Below, piece after piece: positions 40,689 through 49,154 of a stretch of 64,000 nucleotides of DNA. This stretch comes from an uncultured Lachnospiraceae bacterium (GTDB lineage: Bacteria; Bacillota; Clostridia; Lachnospirales; Lachnospiraceae): NCBI GenBank assembly GCA_948444865.1, contig CAOJVE010000001.1, positions 1,372-65,371 of the forward strand, written 5' to 3'. Under the pieces are notes generated by a model. The model saw nothing but the letters and a program-made list of their open reading frames with translations, had not been told where the DNA came from and did no database searches. The first letter of the stretch is position 1; every line of letters starts with the position of its first letter. A program made the translations under genes and the position numbers.

Positions 40689-42023
40689 TTACTGTTTCCG
40701 TCCATTTAACAACAGTGACGCACAGAAGACCTGCCCTTCGTATTCAAATCTTGACACGCCGTGATATTTCTCCGTGATATTCAAAACCGACGAGACTCCA
40801 ATCCCTTTGCGCCCTTTTTCCTTCGCGGAAAAAAACGTGCCGTCCGGCGCCCGCCGCACCAGCCCTTCGTAACTGTTCCTGACCAGAATCACCAGAAGGG
40901 ATTCGCTCTGCATCGCCATCTCCAAATCCATAAACCGCTCTGACGATTTCATGCGCCTGCACGCCTCCACCGCATTTTCCAGAAGGTTCCCCAGCACGAT
41001 GCACAGCTCCGTATCCATGACAGGGATTTTTTCAAAAACGCTAATACGCATCGTCACCCGAATCCGCTCCTTTTTCGCCAGGTCCTTATAATACCCCAGC
41101 AAAGCGTTCACCGCCATGTTTTCGCAAAAAACCTCCGTGGGCCGCGACGCGGAAAATACGCCGGCTTTTTCAAGATACCGCTCCACGCCGTCCAGATCCC
41201 TGTTTTTCGCAAGATTTCCCAGAACCAGAAAGTGCTGGCGTATGTCGTGCCGGGCGCGGCGCGTCTCCTGGATATGCGCCTGCAAAAGTTCCAGCTGTTT
41301 TTGCTGGGCGGCGATCTGCATTTCGGTCAAAGAGAGCTTTTCCCGAAACCGGGCGTTTTGGCTGACGGCGATGATTGTCCGCAGAAGAACGCCGTAAGTG
41401 GCGAAAGTCAGCAGGCTCCACAACAACGGCAGGGCCAGAAACTCGCCCCCTGGAAAACGGGTGTAATTGCATACATCCGGCGCCACCGCCAGCGTATAGA
41501 TAAGCGTGTTGCAGATTGGGATTACCCAGATAACCCTCCATATGACCAGAAATCGCGTGTAGTCCAGAGCCGGGCGCACAAGCTTTTTATAAAGCAGGCA
41601 CAGCAGCGGAAACAGGCACAGCGAAAGGACGAGCATAATATATGAAATTGCGGCCACCGGCTCCTTGGGCAGTCTGCCTGTGGCCATAAAATAAATCTGA
41701 TAGGAAAAAAGCCGCACATTTTCAGAATAGTTTTTCACCACAGTTATGATAAACAGGCTCTGGCCAAACGTATAATTGCTGGCCGCGCTGAAAATAAAGA
41801 CGCCCGCAAGCTGGGAAGCCGCCGAGATTACAGTCTTCTCCACGGATGTGTCCGTCTTCAGATAAATGCCGCCCGCGATTAAAGTAATAAAAAGATACAA
41901 AACGGCCGCGGCTGCAACCACTGGCAGACGCGGCCGTTTTATCTGATCCCGAAAAGCCAAGTACAGAAGCAGAAGGCAGGGGCCTACAAAAAGCAGATTG
42001 TTGACTAAATATATGTCTGTCAT
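40689..42023 (-). CDS. Multi-pass membrane GHKL sensor kinase (AgrC/VirS-like)
   Basis: About 6 TM segments, RHDIRQH, LGNLLENAVEAC and GIGVSSV. ATGA-type overlap with the LytTR gene. Confidence 0.85.
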   Translation of the reverse strand: MTDIYLVNNLLFVGPCLLLLYLAFRDQIKRPRLPVVAAAAVLYLFITLIAGGIYLKTDTSVEKTVISAASQLAGVFIFSAASNYTFGQSLFIITVVKNYSENVRLFSYQIYFMATGRLPKEPVAAISYIMLVLSLCLFPLLCLLYKKLVRPALDYTRFLVIWRVIWVIPICNTLIYTLAVAPDVCNYTRFPGGEFLALPLLWSLLTFATYGVLLRTIIAVSQNARFREKLSLTEMQIAAQQKQLELLQAHIQETRRARHDIRQHFLVLGNLAKNRDLDGVERYLEKAGVFSASRPTEVFCENMAVNALLGYYKDLAKKERIRVTMRISVFEKIPVMDTELCIVLGNLLENAVEACRRMKSSERFMDLEMAMQSESLLVILVRNSYEGLVRRAPDGTFFSAKEKGRKGIGVSSVLNITEKYHGVSRFEYEGQVFCASLLLNGRKQ

Positions 42024-42757
42024 CCCACGCTCCCTCTCCTCTGGCGCGCGTGGCTGTCGAATATGTAATCCCCATAGGTCTGCAGAATCTCCCGTTTGCG
42101 GGCAGCCGTGATGGGGAGGCATTCCCCGTTTTTCAGGATGAAGTCCCTGTCTGCGTAGGATTCAATATAATCCATGTTCACCAGACAGTTCCGGTAACAC
42201 CACAGAAAGTTCGGATAGGCGGACAGCATCGGATAGAAATCATTAAACGACATATGGGTGCGTATGACGCAGGAGCCGGTGTGAATCTGAATATAGTGGT
42301 TGGAATAATCCGTGTAAATAATATCCGCAACCAGCACGCGGGTGCGTTCCCTGCCCTCTTTCAGCTCAATATAATGGGCCAGCCTGGCCCCCGACGCTCC
42401 ATAATGATCCAGCGCGTCTTTCAGCTGCTCGTACCCAAAAGGTTTCACCAGATAATCCAGGACGTGAAGCCGGAATGCCATGGTCGCGTATTCCTCACTG
42501 ACCGTGGTGAAGATAATCTGACACCGGGGATCTTTTTTCTGTAGCCGCTTCGCAAGCTGGATGCCGGTCATCCGTTCCATGTAAATGTCAAGAAACGCAA
42601 GCTGGTACGCCGTGACCCGCGCCGCCTCCAAAAACGCCTCCGCATCGGTAAACTTCTCCACATACATATGCACTTTGTGTTCCTGGCCGTACCGCGACAG
42701 GTACCCGCTCAAAAGCTCAATATCCTCCACGGTATCGTCTACAATCGCCGCATTCAT
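42020..42757 (-). CDS. LytTR-family response regulator
   Basis: IVDD, AFLDIYM, DYLVKP and a C-terminal FLWCYRNCLVNMDYI LytTR pattern. Confidence 0.9.
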   Translation of the reverse strand: MNAAIVDDTVEDIELLSGYLSRYGQEHKVHMYVEKFTDAEAFLEAARVTAYQLAFLDIYMERMTGIQLAKRLQKKDPRCQIIFTTVSEEYATMAFRLHVLDYLVKPFGYEQLKDALDHYGASGARLAHYIELKEGRERTRVLVADIIYTDYSNHYIQIHTGSCVIRTHMSFNDFYPMLSAYPNFLWCYRNCLVNMDYIESYADRDFILKNGECLPITAARKREILQTYGDYIFDSHARQRRGSVG

Positions 42758-42805
42758 ATCTCTCCCTCCATCTGAAAAACACGCGCCCGTCCCCTCTCTG
42801 ACGCT

Positions 42806-43690
42806 TTAAAGCATATACCGCTGGAACCGCAGCGCCGCCTCGGCGTCCCTGTCCAAAGCCTCTTCGGAAGTGTCCTCCACCATATCTCTCCAGATGCGAA
42901 TATCCTGACCCACAGTTCCCCCGGGAATCACAAACGGCTCCATCACCGCCGCCCCATTATACTGCACATCCTGAAGCGCGTCGTGGATTTCCCGCCAGGG
43001 CGTTCTTCCCTGTCCCGGAACCATCCGGTTGCATTCGCCTGTGTGGAAATGCCCCAGCAAATCCCCCGCCGTCCTTATGGCGTTTCCAATGCTCTGCTCC
43101 TCAATGTTCATATGGAAGGCGTCCAGCATCACCTTCACGTTGACCGCTTTCGGCTCCAGCGCATGCACCGACTCCACGAACGCTCTGCCTTCCTTGGCCG
43201 TATTGAGCACATGGTTCTCAAACCGGTTTAAAACTTCCATGCCGATGGTCTCAATGCCATAGTCACGCCCGATCCGGCCAAGCTTCGCCATGCCTTCCAC
43301 GCCCCGCTGCCAGTCACCTTTTTTGTCCACCGGCTTGCTGTAATCAATGGGCCAGCAGGAATAGATGGCGCCGCCAATCAGATTGGCATGAATTTTCTCC
43401 ATCCTCTGGAACAAATCCTTGTAAAATTCCAGCGCGTGCGCCCGGACTTTCTCGTCGGCGGAGGCGATGTTGTTCTCCGGCGCGGGCCCATAGCCCACGG
43501 TCAGGCGAATCCCGCTGTCCTCGGCGCATTTTCTAAGCTCCGAAAGCTTATCGTCCGTATACTCCGGCAGCGGCCCCGCAGCGATCTCCAGAATGTCAAA
43601 TCCCAGCCGTGCCGCCTTTTTCACATAATACAGATAATCCCCGCTCCATTCCCGCTCCCAGTATGCATAATAAATCCCGTGCTGTATCAT
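42806..43690 (-). CDS. D-psicose/D-tagatose 3-epimerase-family ketose epimerase
   Basis: HGIYYAYWE.EW, YSCWPIDY, EVLNRFE, LDAFHMNIEE, HFHTGECNR and VMEPF closely follow clostridial D-psicose 3-epimerases, including the Glu/Asp/His/Glu metal ligands. Confidence 0.85.
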   Translation of the reverse strand: MIQHGIYYAYWEREWSGDYLYYVKKAARLGFDILEIAAGPLPEYTDDKLSELRKCAEDSGIRLTVGYGPAPENNIASADEKVRAHALEFYKDLFQRMEKIHANLIGGAIYSCWPIDYSKPVDKKGDWQRGVEGMAKLGRIGRDYGIETIGMEVLNRFENHVLNTAKEGRAFVESVHALEPKAVNVKVMLDAFHMNIEEQSIGNAIRTAGDLLGHFHTGECNRMVPGQGRTPWREIHDALQDVQYNGAAVMEPFVIPGGTVGQDIRIWRDMVEDTSEEALDRDAEAALRFQRYML

Positions 43691-43858
43691 ATTCATTCCC
43701 CTTCCTTTATTCCATCAATCATTTCCGGTTTCAAAACATCCGTCTTCAGCCTCCCGGCGTTCGGCCAAAACAGATTTGCGCCAACGAGGCATAAAAATTG
43801 GGCAAAACAGACCTCGTTTCGTCTATTTTACCCAAACTCGTAACTTTTTGCAACTGTT

Positions 43859-44599
43859 TCACAACCGATAACTCAAGGAAGCCGCAAGCAGGCTCCTGGT
43901 ATACGGATGCCGCGGCTCTTCAAAAATCCGCTCCACATCCCCCTCTTCCACCACCTGGCCTTTCTGCATGACCATCACCCGGTCGCACATCTGGTAAATC
44001 ACATCCAGGTCGTGGGAGATAAATAAATACGACAGCCCCAACTCCTCCTGCAAGGCAAGCATCAGCTCCATAATCTGCCGCTGAATGGTCACGTCCAGCG
44101 CCGACACCGGCTCGTCCGCCAGGATTAACCGGGAACCCTGAATCAGCGAAATGGCGATGCTGACCCGCTGCCTCTGACCGCCGCTTAGATCCCCGGGCCG
44201 CCGATTCAGAAAACTTTTATCCAGCCCCACTTTCGCGAGCATGGCCTCCGCCTTCTCCCGCCGGGCGGCGGCGGGTATTTTCTGCATCCGCAGCGGCTCC
44301 TCCAGAATCCAGCCCACCTTTTTTCCCGGATTCAGGGAACTAAAAGGGTCCTGGAAAACCATCTGGGGACGGCTGGTATGGTGAATCACCTGTCCGCTTT
44401 CCACGGGCACAAAGCCTAAAATGGTCTTGCTCAAAGTGGATTTTCCGCAGCCGCTCTCCCCCACCAGGCCCAGGATTTCCCCCTTGTACAGACAGAAATC
44501 CACGTCGGTGAGAATCCGGCGGTATTTGCGGCCTCTGCCGTACCCGGCGCACACACGCCGCACTTCCAATACAGGTTCTCTCTCCTGCGCTATTTTCAC
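43859..44599 (-). CDS. Peptide/nickel ABC ATP-binding subunit
   Basis: GESGCGKST, LSGGQRQR and DEPVSALD. Confidence 0.9.
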   Translation of the reverse strand: MKIAQEREPVLEVRRVCAGYGRGRKYRRILTDVDFCLYKGEILGLVGESGCGKSTLSKTILGFVPVESGQVIHHTSRPQMVFQDPFSSLNPGKKVGWILEEPLRMQKIPAAARREKAEAMLAKVGLDKSFLNRRPGDLSGGQRQRVSIAISLIQGSRLILADEPVSALDVTIQRQIMELMLALQEELGLSYLFISHDLDVIYQMCDRVMVMQKGQVVEEGDVERIFEEPRHPYTRSLLAASLSYRL

Positions 44600-45411
44600 C
44601 GCCCCCTTTTCTTTCGCAGACGGTTTCCCCTGTGAGGGATGGCCGCCAGCAGTTTTTTGGTGTATTCCGCCTTTGGCGCGGACAGCACATCCGCAACCAG
44701 CCCGGCCTCCACCGTCTGCCCCTGTTTCATCACCGCGACCCGGCTGCAGATGGACTGAATCACCCGCAGGTCGTGGGAGATGAACAAAATAGCGGTTTTG
44801 TATTCCCGGTTCATCTCCTTTAGCAAATCCAGAATCTGCGCCTGGATGGTCACGTCCAGCGCCGTGGTGGGCTCATCGGCCACCATCAGGCTTGGATTTC
44901 CCACCAGCGCCGCCCCAATCATCACCCGCTGGCGCATGCCCCCGGACAACTGATGGGGATAGCAGCCGTAGAGTTTCTCCGGCTGGGAGAGGCCCACCTG
45001 CTCCATCATGGCCAAAGCCCGCGCCTTTCTCGACTTCCCGTCCAGGTTCGTGTGCAGCCGCAGGCTCTCTTCCATCTGCCTGCCGATGGTCAGAACCGGA
45101 TTTAAAGAAGTCATCGGCTCCTGAAAGATCATGCTGATTTCCTTTCCCCGCACGTCCTGCCACTGCCTGGGCGTCAGCGAAAGCAAATCCTTTCCCTTAA
45201 AAACCATAGTCCCCGCCGTGATTTTCGCGTGCCGCTTCAAAAGCCCCAGAAGGGCCAGCGCCGTCATGGTCTTTCCAGACCCCGACTCCCCCACCACGCC
45301 CACGATTTCCCCCGGCTCCATGGACAGGGAAAAATCCTCCACCGCGCGCAGGGGCGGCTTCACATCCTGAAATTCAATGGTCAGCCCACTTATTTCCAAC
45401 ATCTCTGTCAC
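44596..45411 (-). CDS. Peptide/nickel ABC ATP-binding subunit
   Basis: GESGSGKT, LSGGMRQR and DEPTTALD. Confidence 0.9.
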   Translation of the reverse strand: MTEMLEISGLTIEFQDVKPPLRAVEDFSLSMEPGEIVGVVGESGSGKTMTALALLGLLKRHAKITAGTMVFKGKDLLSLTPRQWQDVRGKEISMIFQEPMTSLNPVLTIGRQMEESLRLHTNLDGKSRKARALAMMEQVGLSQPEKLYGCYPHQLSGGMRQRVMIGAALVGNPSLMVADEPTTALDVTIQAQILDLLKEMNREYKTAILFISHDLRVIQSICSRVAVMKQGQTVEAGLVADVLSAPKAEYTKKLLAAIPHRGNRLRKKRGR

Positions 45412-45471
45412 CTCTTAACCGCTTATGCCTTACGTATTTTCCGTCTTATCTGTTTTGACGCAAAATCATAA

Positions 45472-46257
45472 TCAGGCGCTCCAGCCGTCGCTTAAAAGCC
45501 CGAATCCCAACACCATCAGAATCATTGCCAGTCCCGGGAACAGCACGCTCCACGGGGCCGTGAACATATACGCCTGGGTTTCCGACATCATCCGGCCAAT
45601 GCTGGCGTCCGGCGGCTGCACGCCGATGCCCAGATAGCTCATGCCCGCCTCGGAAAGCGCCGCGTTGTTAAATCCAATGGCCAGCGCCGAAAACAGCGTC
45701 CGGCGGATATTGGGCAGGATGTGCACGAACAGAATCCGCAGATGTCCCACGCCCATGAGACGGGCGCTTTTCACATAATCCATGTCTTTATGCACAATCA
45801 CCTGGCTTCGCACAATCCGGGCGAAGCTGGGGATGAACACAATGCCCAGCGCCAGAATCACGTTGTATTTGCCCGGGCCCAGCAGACTGATGAAGATAAG
45901 CGCCAGCAAAATACTGGGAAACGCCACGATCAAATCATTGAACCGCATAATCATCTCATCGGGCCAGCCGCCGAAATATCCGGTAAAAAGCCCCAGAAGC
46001 GTCCCAAGGCCGCCGCCAATGCACAAAGTCCCCGCCGCCACCAGAAAAGTGACGCCGCTTCCCTGCAGCGCCCGGCTTAGCACATCCCTGCCAAACTGAT
46101 CGCAGCCAAACGGGTGGGCAAGGCTGGCAGGCGCAAATTTCATGGACAGGTCCATGGCCTCCGGGTCATAGGGCGTGTAAAAAAGGCCCACCAGCATAAA
46201 AACCGTGACCGCCGCCGCCAGAATCCCGCCAACAATCATATTTCTCTTTTCCACCAT
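45472..46257 (-). CDS. Peptide/nickel ABC permease (C-type)
   Basis: HPFGCDQFGRD and SYLGIGVQPPDASIG. Confidence 0.9.
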   Translation of the reverse strand: MVEKRNMIVGGILAAAVTVFMLVGLFYTPYDPEAMDLSMKFAPASLAHPFGCDQFGRDVLSRALQGSGVTFLVAAGTLCIGGGLGTLLGLFTGYFGGWPDEMIMRFNDLIVAFPSILLALIFISLLGPGKYNVILALGIVFIPSFARIVRSQVIVHKDMDYVKSARLMGVGHLRILFVHILPNIRRTLFSALAIGFNNAALSEAGMSYLGIGVQPPDASIGRMMSETQAYMFTAPWSVLFPGLAMILMVLGFGLLSDGWSA

Positions 46258-46281
46258 CTATATTCCTTCACACCCCACACT

Positions 46282-47223
46282 CTAACGCAAATTCACGCGG
46301 GGATCAATCACTCCATACAACACATCCACCAGAAAATTTATCGCCACCGTCAGTCCGGCCACCAGGACAATCACCGCCTGCACCACCGGATAATCCCGGT
46401 TGGAGATGGACTGCACCAGAAGGGTTCCCAGCCCCGGAATGGTGAAAACCTGTTCCAAAATCACGCTGGACGCCACAATGTCCGCGATGGCCAGCGCCCA
46501 GAAAGTCAGAACCGGCAGCAGGGAATTCTTCAGCACATGGCCGAACAACGCCTGCGTCTGGCTGTTTCCCCGGCTGTAAGCCGTCCGCACGTAATCCTGG
46601 TTCAGCTCGCCAATGACCGAACTGCGCAGAAGCTTCACCCCCATGGCGCATTTGGGCAGCGCAATGGAGACAGACGGGAAAAAAAGATACCCCAGAAAAG
46701 GCCTCCAGCCCTCCTGATAGGAGACGTAGCCGCCCGGCGTGAACCAGTGAAGCGCCAGGCCGAACAGACATGTAATCAAAATTCCCATAAAAAACCCCGG
46801 CACAGACATCACCAGCTGGTTTAAAACCGTCAGAATCCGGTCCGGCAGCCGCCCGGCGAATTTCCCGGCCAAAAGCCCCAGCGGAATGGACACGGCCAGC
46901 ATCCACACAAAAGCCATGCCCGTAATCGCCAGGGTAATCGGCAGTTTTTCCCGAATCAGCCCGGATACAGGGACGGAATATGTGTACGATTCACCCATGT
47001 CTCCTTTAAGAAAACCCTTTAACCAACTGCCATACCGCTCCAGCATCGGGCGGTCCAGGCCCATTTCCCGGCGCAGACTTTCACGTTTTTGCTCCGTGGC
47101 CCCCGTGCCCAGACGGGAGAGGGCCGCGTCGCCGGGAATCACCTGGAAGGCCAGGAACGACAACAGCGAGATAACCAACAATGTTATAATGAGAGTGCAT
47201 ATTTTCTTAATTAAGTATTTCAA
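46282..47223 (-). CDS. Peptide/nickel ABC permease (B-type)
   Basis: IPGD, GDMGES, YVRTAYSRG, EQVFTIPGLG and IDPR. Confidence 0.9.
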   Translation of the reverse strand: MKYLIKKICTLIITLLVISLLSFLAFQVIPGDAALSRLGTGATEQKRESLRREMGLDRPMLERYGSWLKGFLKGDMGESYTYSVPVSGLIREKLPITLAITGMAFVWMLAVSIPLGLLAGKFAGRLPDRILTVLNQLVMSVPGFFMGILITCLFGLALHWFTPGGYVSYQEGWRPFLGYLFFPSVSIALPKCAMGVKLLRSSVIGELNQDYVRTAYSRGNSQTQALFGHVLKNSLLPVLTFWALAIADIVASSVILEQVFTIPGLGTLLVQSISNRDYPVVQAVIVLVAGLTVAINFLVDVLYGVIDPRVNLR

Positions 47224-47247
47224 TGCTGTGTCCTCCTGGCTATCATT

Positions 47248-48816
47248 TTACTCTTCTGCCGGATGCACTTTGGACATATCCAGCGCGTACAGCGGATAAA
47301 ATTCGTAGCCGTCGAACTTCGGGTTCATGGCCACACAGTCCGCCATGTCCTGAATATACACATTGGCGGCGTCCTCGTTTAAAATCTCCTCCATCCGCTG
47401 GTAAAATTTCACCTGCTCAGCGTCATCCGCCGTGCCCAGGGCTTTTTCAAACATTTCATCGTATTCCTGGTTGTTGAAATTAATAAAGTTGCTCTCGTCG
47501 TCGGACACAAACCGGTCCAGCATAGCCCGCGCCGTCAGCGTAGAAGCGTCCACGCCCACCACGGTGGACTGGAATTTCCGGTCCATGTACACGTCGCTGA
47601 GCCAGCTGTCCCACTCGATCAGCTCGATCTTCGCGTCCACGGAGATGGCCTTCAGCTGCTCCGCCAGAATCTGCGCCGCGTCCACATGCTGCTGGTAATT
47701 GGACGGCACAGTGATGGTCATCTCAAACCCATCCTCGTAACCGGCCTCCTTTAACAGCGCCTTGGCTTTCTCCACGTCCTGGGCGTAAACGTCCGCCAGC
47801 TCGGGCATATAATACTTGCCGAAAGCCGGGAACATGCTGGTTCCTATGACCGTGCCCTTTCCGTCCGCCACCATATCCAGCACCTGCTGGCGGTCCACCG
47901 CGTAGCAGAGGGCCTGGCGCACGCGCGCGTCGTCAAAGGGCTTCTCCTTGTTGTTTAAGTACAGCGCCTGCACCAGATTCATGGTTCCCTCGAAAATGCG
48001 GAAATCGTCGCCAAGCCCCGCGATCTGCGTGGCGTTTAAATGGAAGCACATGTCCACAGAGCCGCCTTTTAAGTTGGTCACAACGGCGTTGGCGTCGGTG
48101 AGCACTTTAAAGGTGATTTTGTCCAGTTTGGCCGGCTCCCCCCAGTAGTCCGGATTTTTTTCCATAACGATGTTGTCCTGGGGCGTGCGGGATACGTACT
48201 TAAAAGGCCCAGTGCCCACCGGCTGCGTATCCTGCTGGTCGTAATCTTTGGGGATGATGGCTGTGGTCAGATAGGCCAGAAATTCCGTGTCCGGATTCTT
48301 CAGCACAATCTCCACCGTCTGATCGTCCGGCGTATTCACCTTATCCACAGCAGAAAACGCCGGCACCAGAGGTTCCCCCTCCGAAGCGTCGGCGCATCGT
48401 TCGATCGAATATTTCACGTCATCCACCGTAACCGGCGCCCCATTGTGGAACTTTACGCCCTCACGCAGCGTGAACGCATAAGTCTTATGATCCTCCGAAA
48501 TGGTATGGGAACTGGCCACGGCATCGACAAAATTGCCTTCTGTGTCCGGCTTTACCAAGCCTTCAAAAACATTAAAAAAGATTTCTCTAGTTCCTGCCAT
48601 CTCTGCTTTGTGAGGGTCAAGACTATCCTCAAGATCCTGCGGGATCCCTACTACAATCGAACTCCCTTCTTCCTGGGGAGACTTTGTAGAACTGCTCTGA
48701 GAACTACTTTCTGTCTGAGAATCATCCCCTGCAGTCTTCTCGCCTGCGCAGCCGCCCAGTGCAAGAGCCAAGGTCAACACAAGAGCGCCGACCAATCGTG
48801 CCTGAAATTTCTTCAT
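47248..48816 (-). CDS. ABC substrate-binding lipoprotein, family 5
   Basis: Lipobox LGGC, LDPH, FTLREGVKFHNG, GTGPF and RVRQA. Confidence 0.9.
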   Translation of the reverse strand: MKKFQARLVGALVLTLALALGGCAGEKTAGDDSQTESSSQSSSTKSPQEEGSSIVVGIPQDLEDSLDPHKAEMAGTREIFFNVFEGLVKPDTEGNFVDAVASSHTISEDHKTYAFTLREGVKFHNGAPVTVDDVKYSIERCADASEGEPLVPAFSAVDKVNTPDDQTVEIVLKNPDTEFLAYLTTAIIPKDYDQQDTQPVGTGPFKYVSRTPQDNIVMEKNPDYWGEPAKLDKITFKVLTDANAVVTNLKGGSVDMCFHLNATQIAGLGDDFRIFEGTMNLVQALYLNNKEKPFDDARVRQALCYAVDRQQVLDMVADGKGTVIGTSMFPAFGKYYMPELADVYAQDVEKAKALLKEAGYEDGFEMTITVPSNYQQHVDAAQILAEQLKAISVDAKIELIEWDSWLSDVYMDRKFQSTVVGVDASTLTARAMLDRFVSDDESNFINFNNQEYDEMFEKALGTADDAEQVKFYQRMEEILNEDAANVYIQDMADCVAMNPKFDGYEFYPLYALDMSKVHPAEE

Positions 48817-49154
48817 GATTTCCTCCTTTTTGCCGCCGCATCACAAAAAAGCCGGCGGCGCATACAGATTCATTCTCTCATTATATAATTGTCCTACCCA
48901 TTGTACATGCAATGGCGGATTTTCGCAAGCATTATTTCGTCCGCTTTTCTGCCGTTTGTCCTCACCGGCCCGTTCGGGCTGTCTGCGGTATGCGCCGCCG
49001 GCCACGCACAATTTCTTCTGTCTTATATGGTTGCTAATGCTTTATTTTTTTGATATAATCAGTAACATAAAAATTTGAACGCCGTTTTTTCCAGGCAGCG
49101 TCTTGAAAATACTTTAACAGACAAGTTGCAAAACCAAGGAAAGAGGTATCTTGT

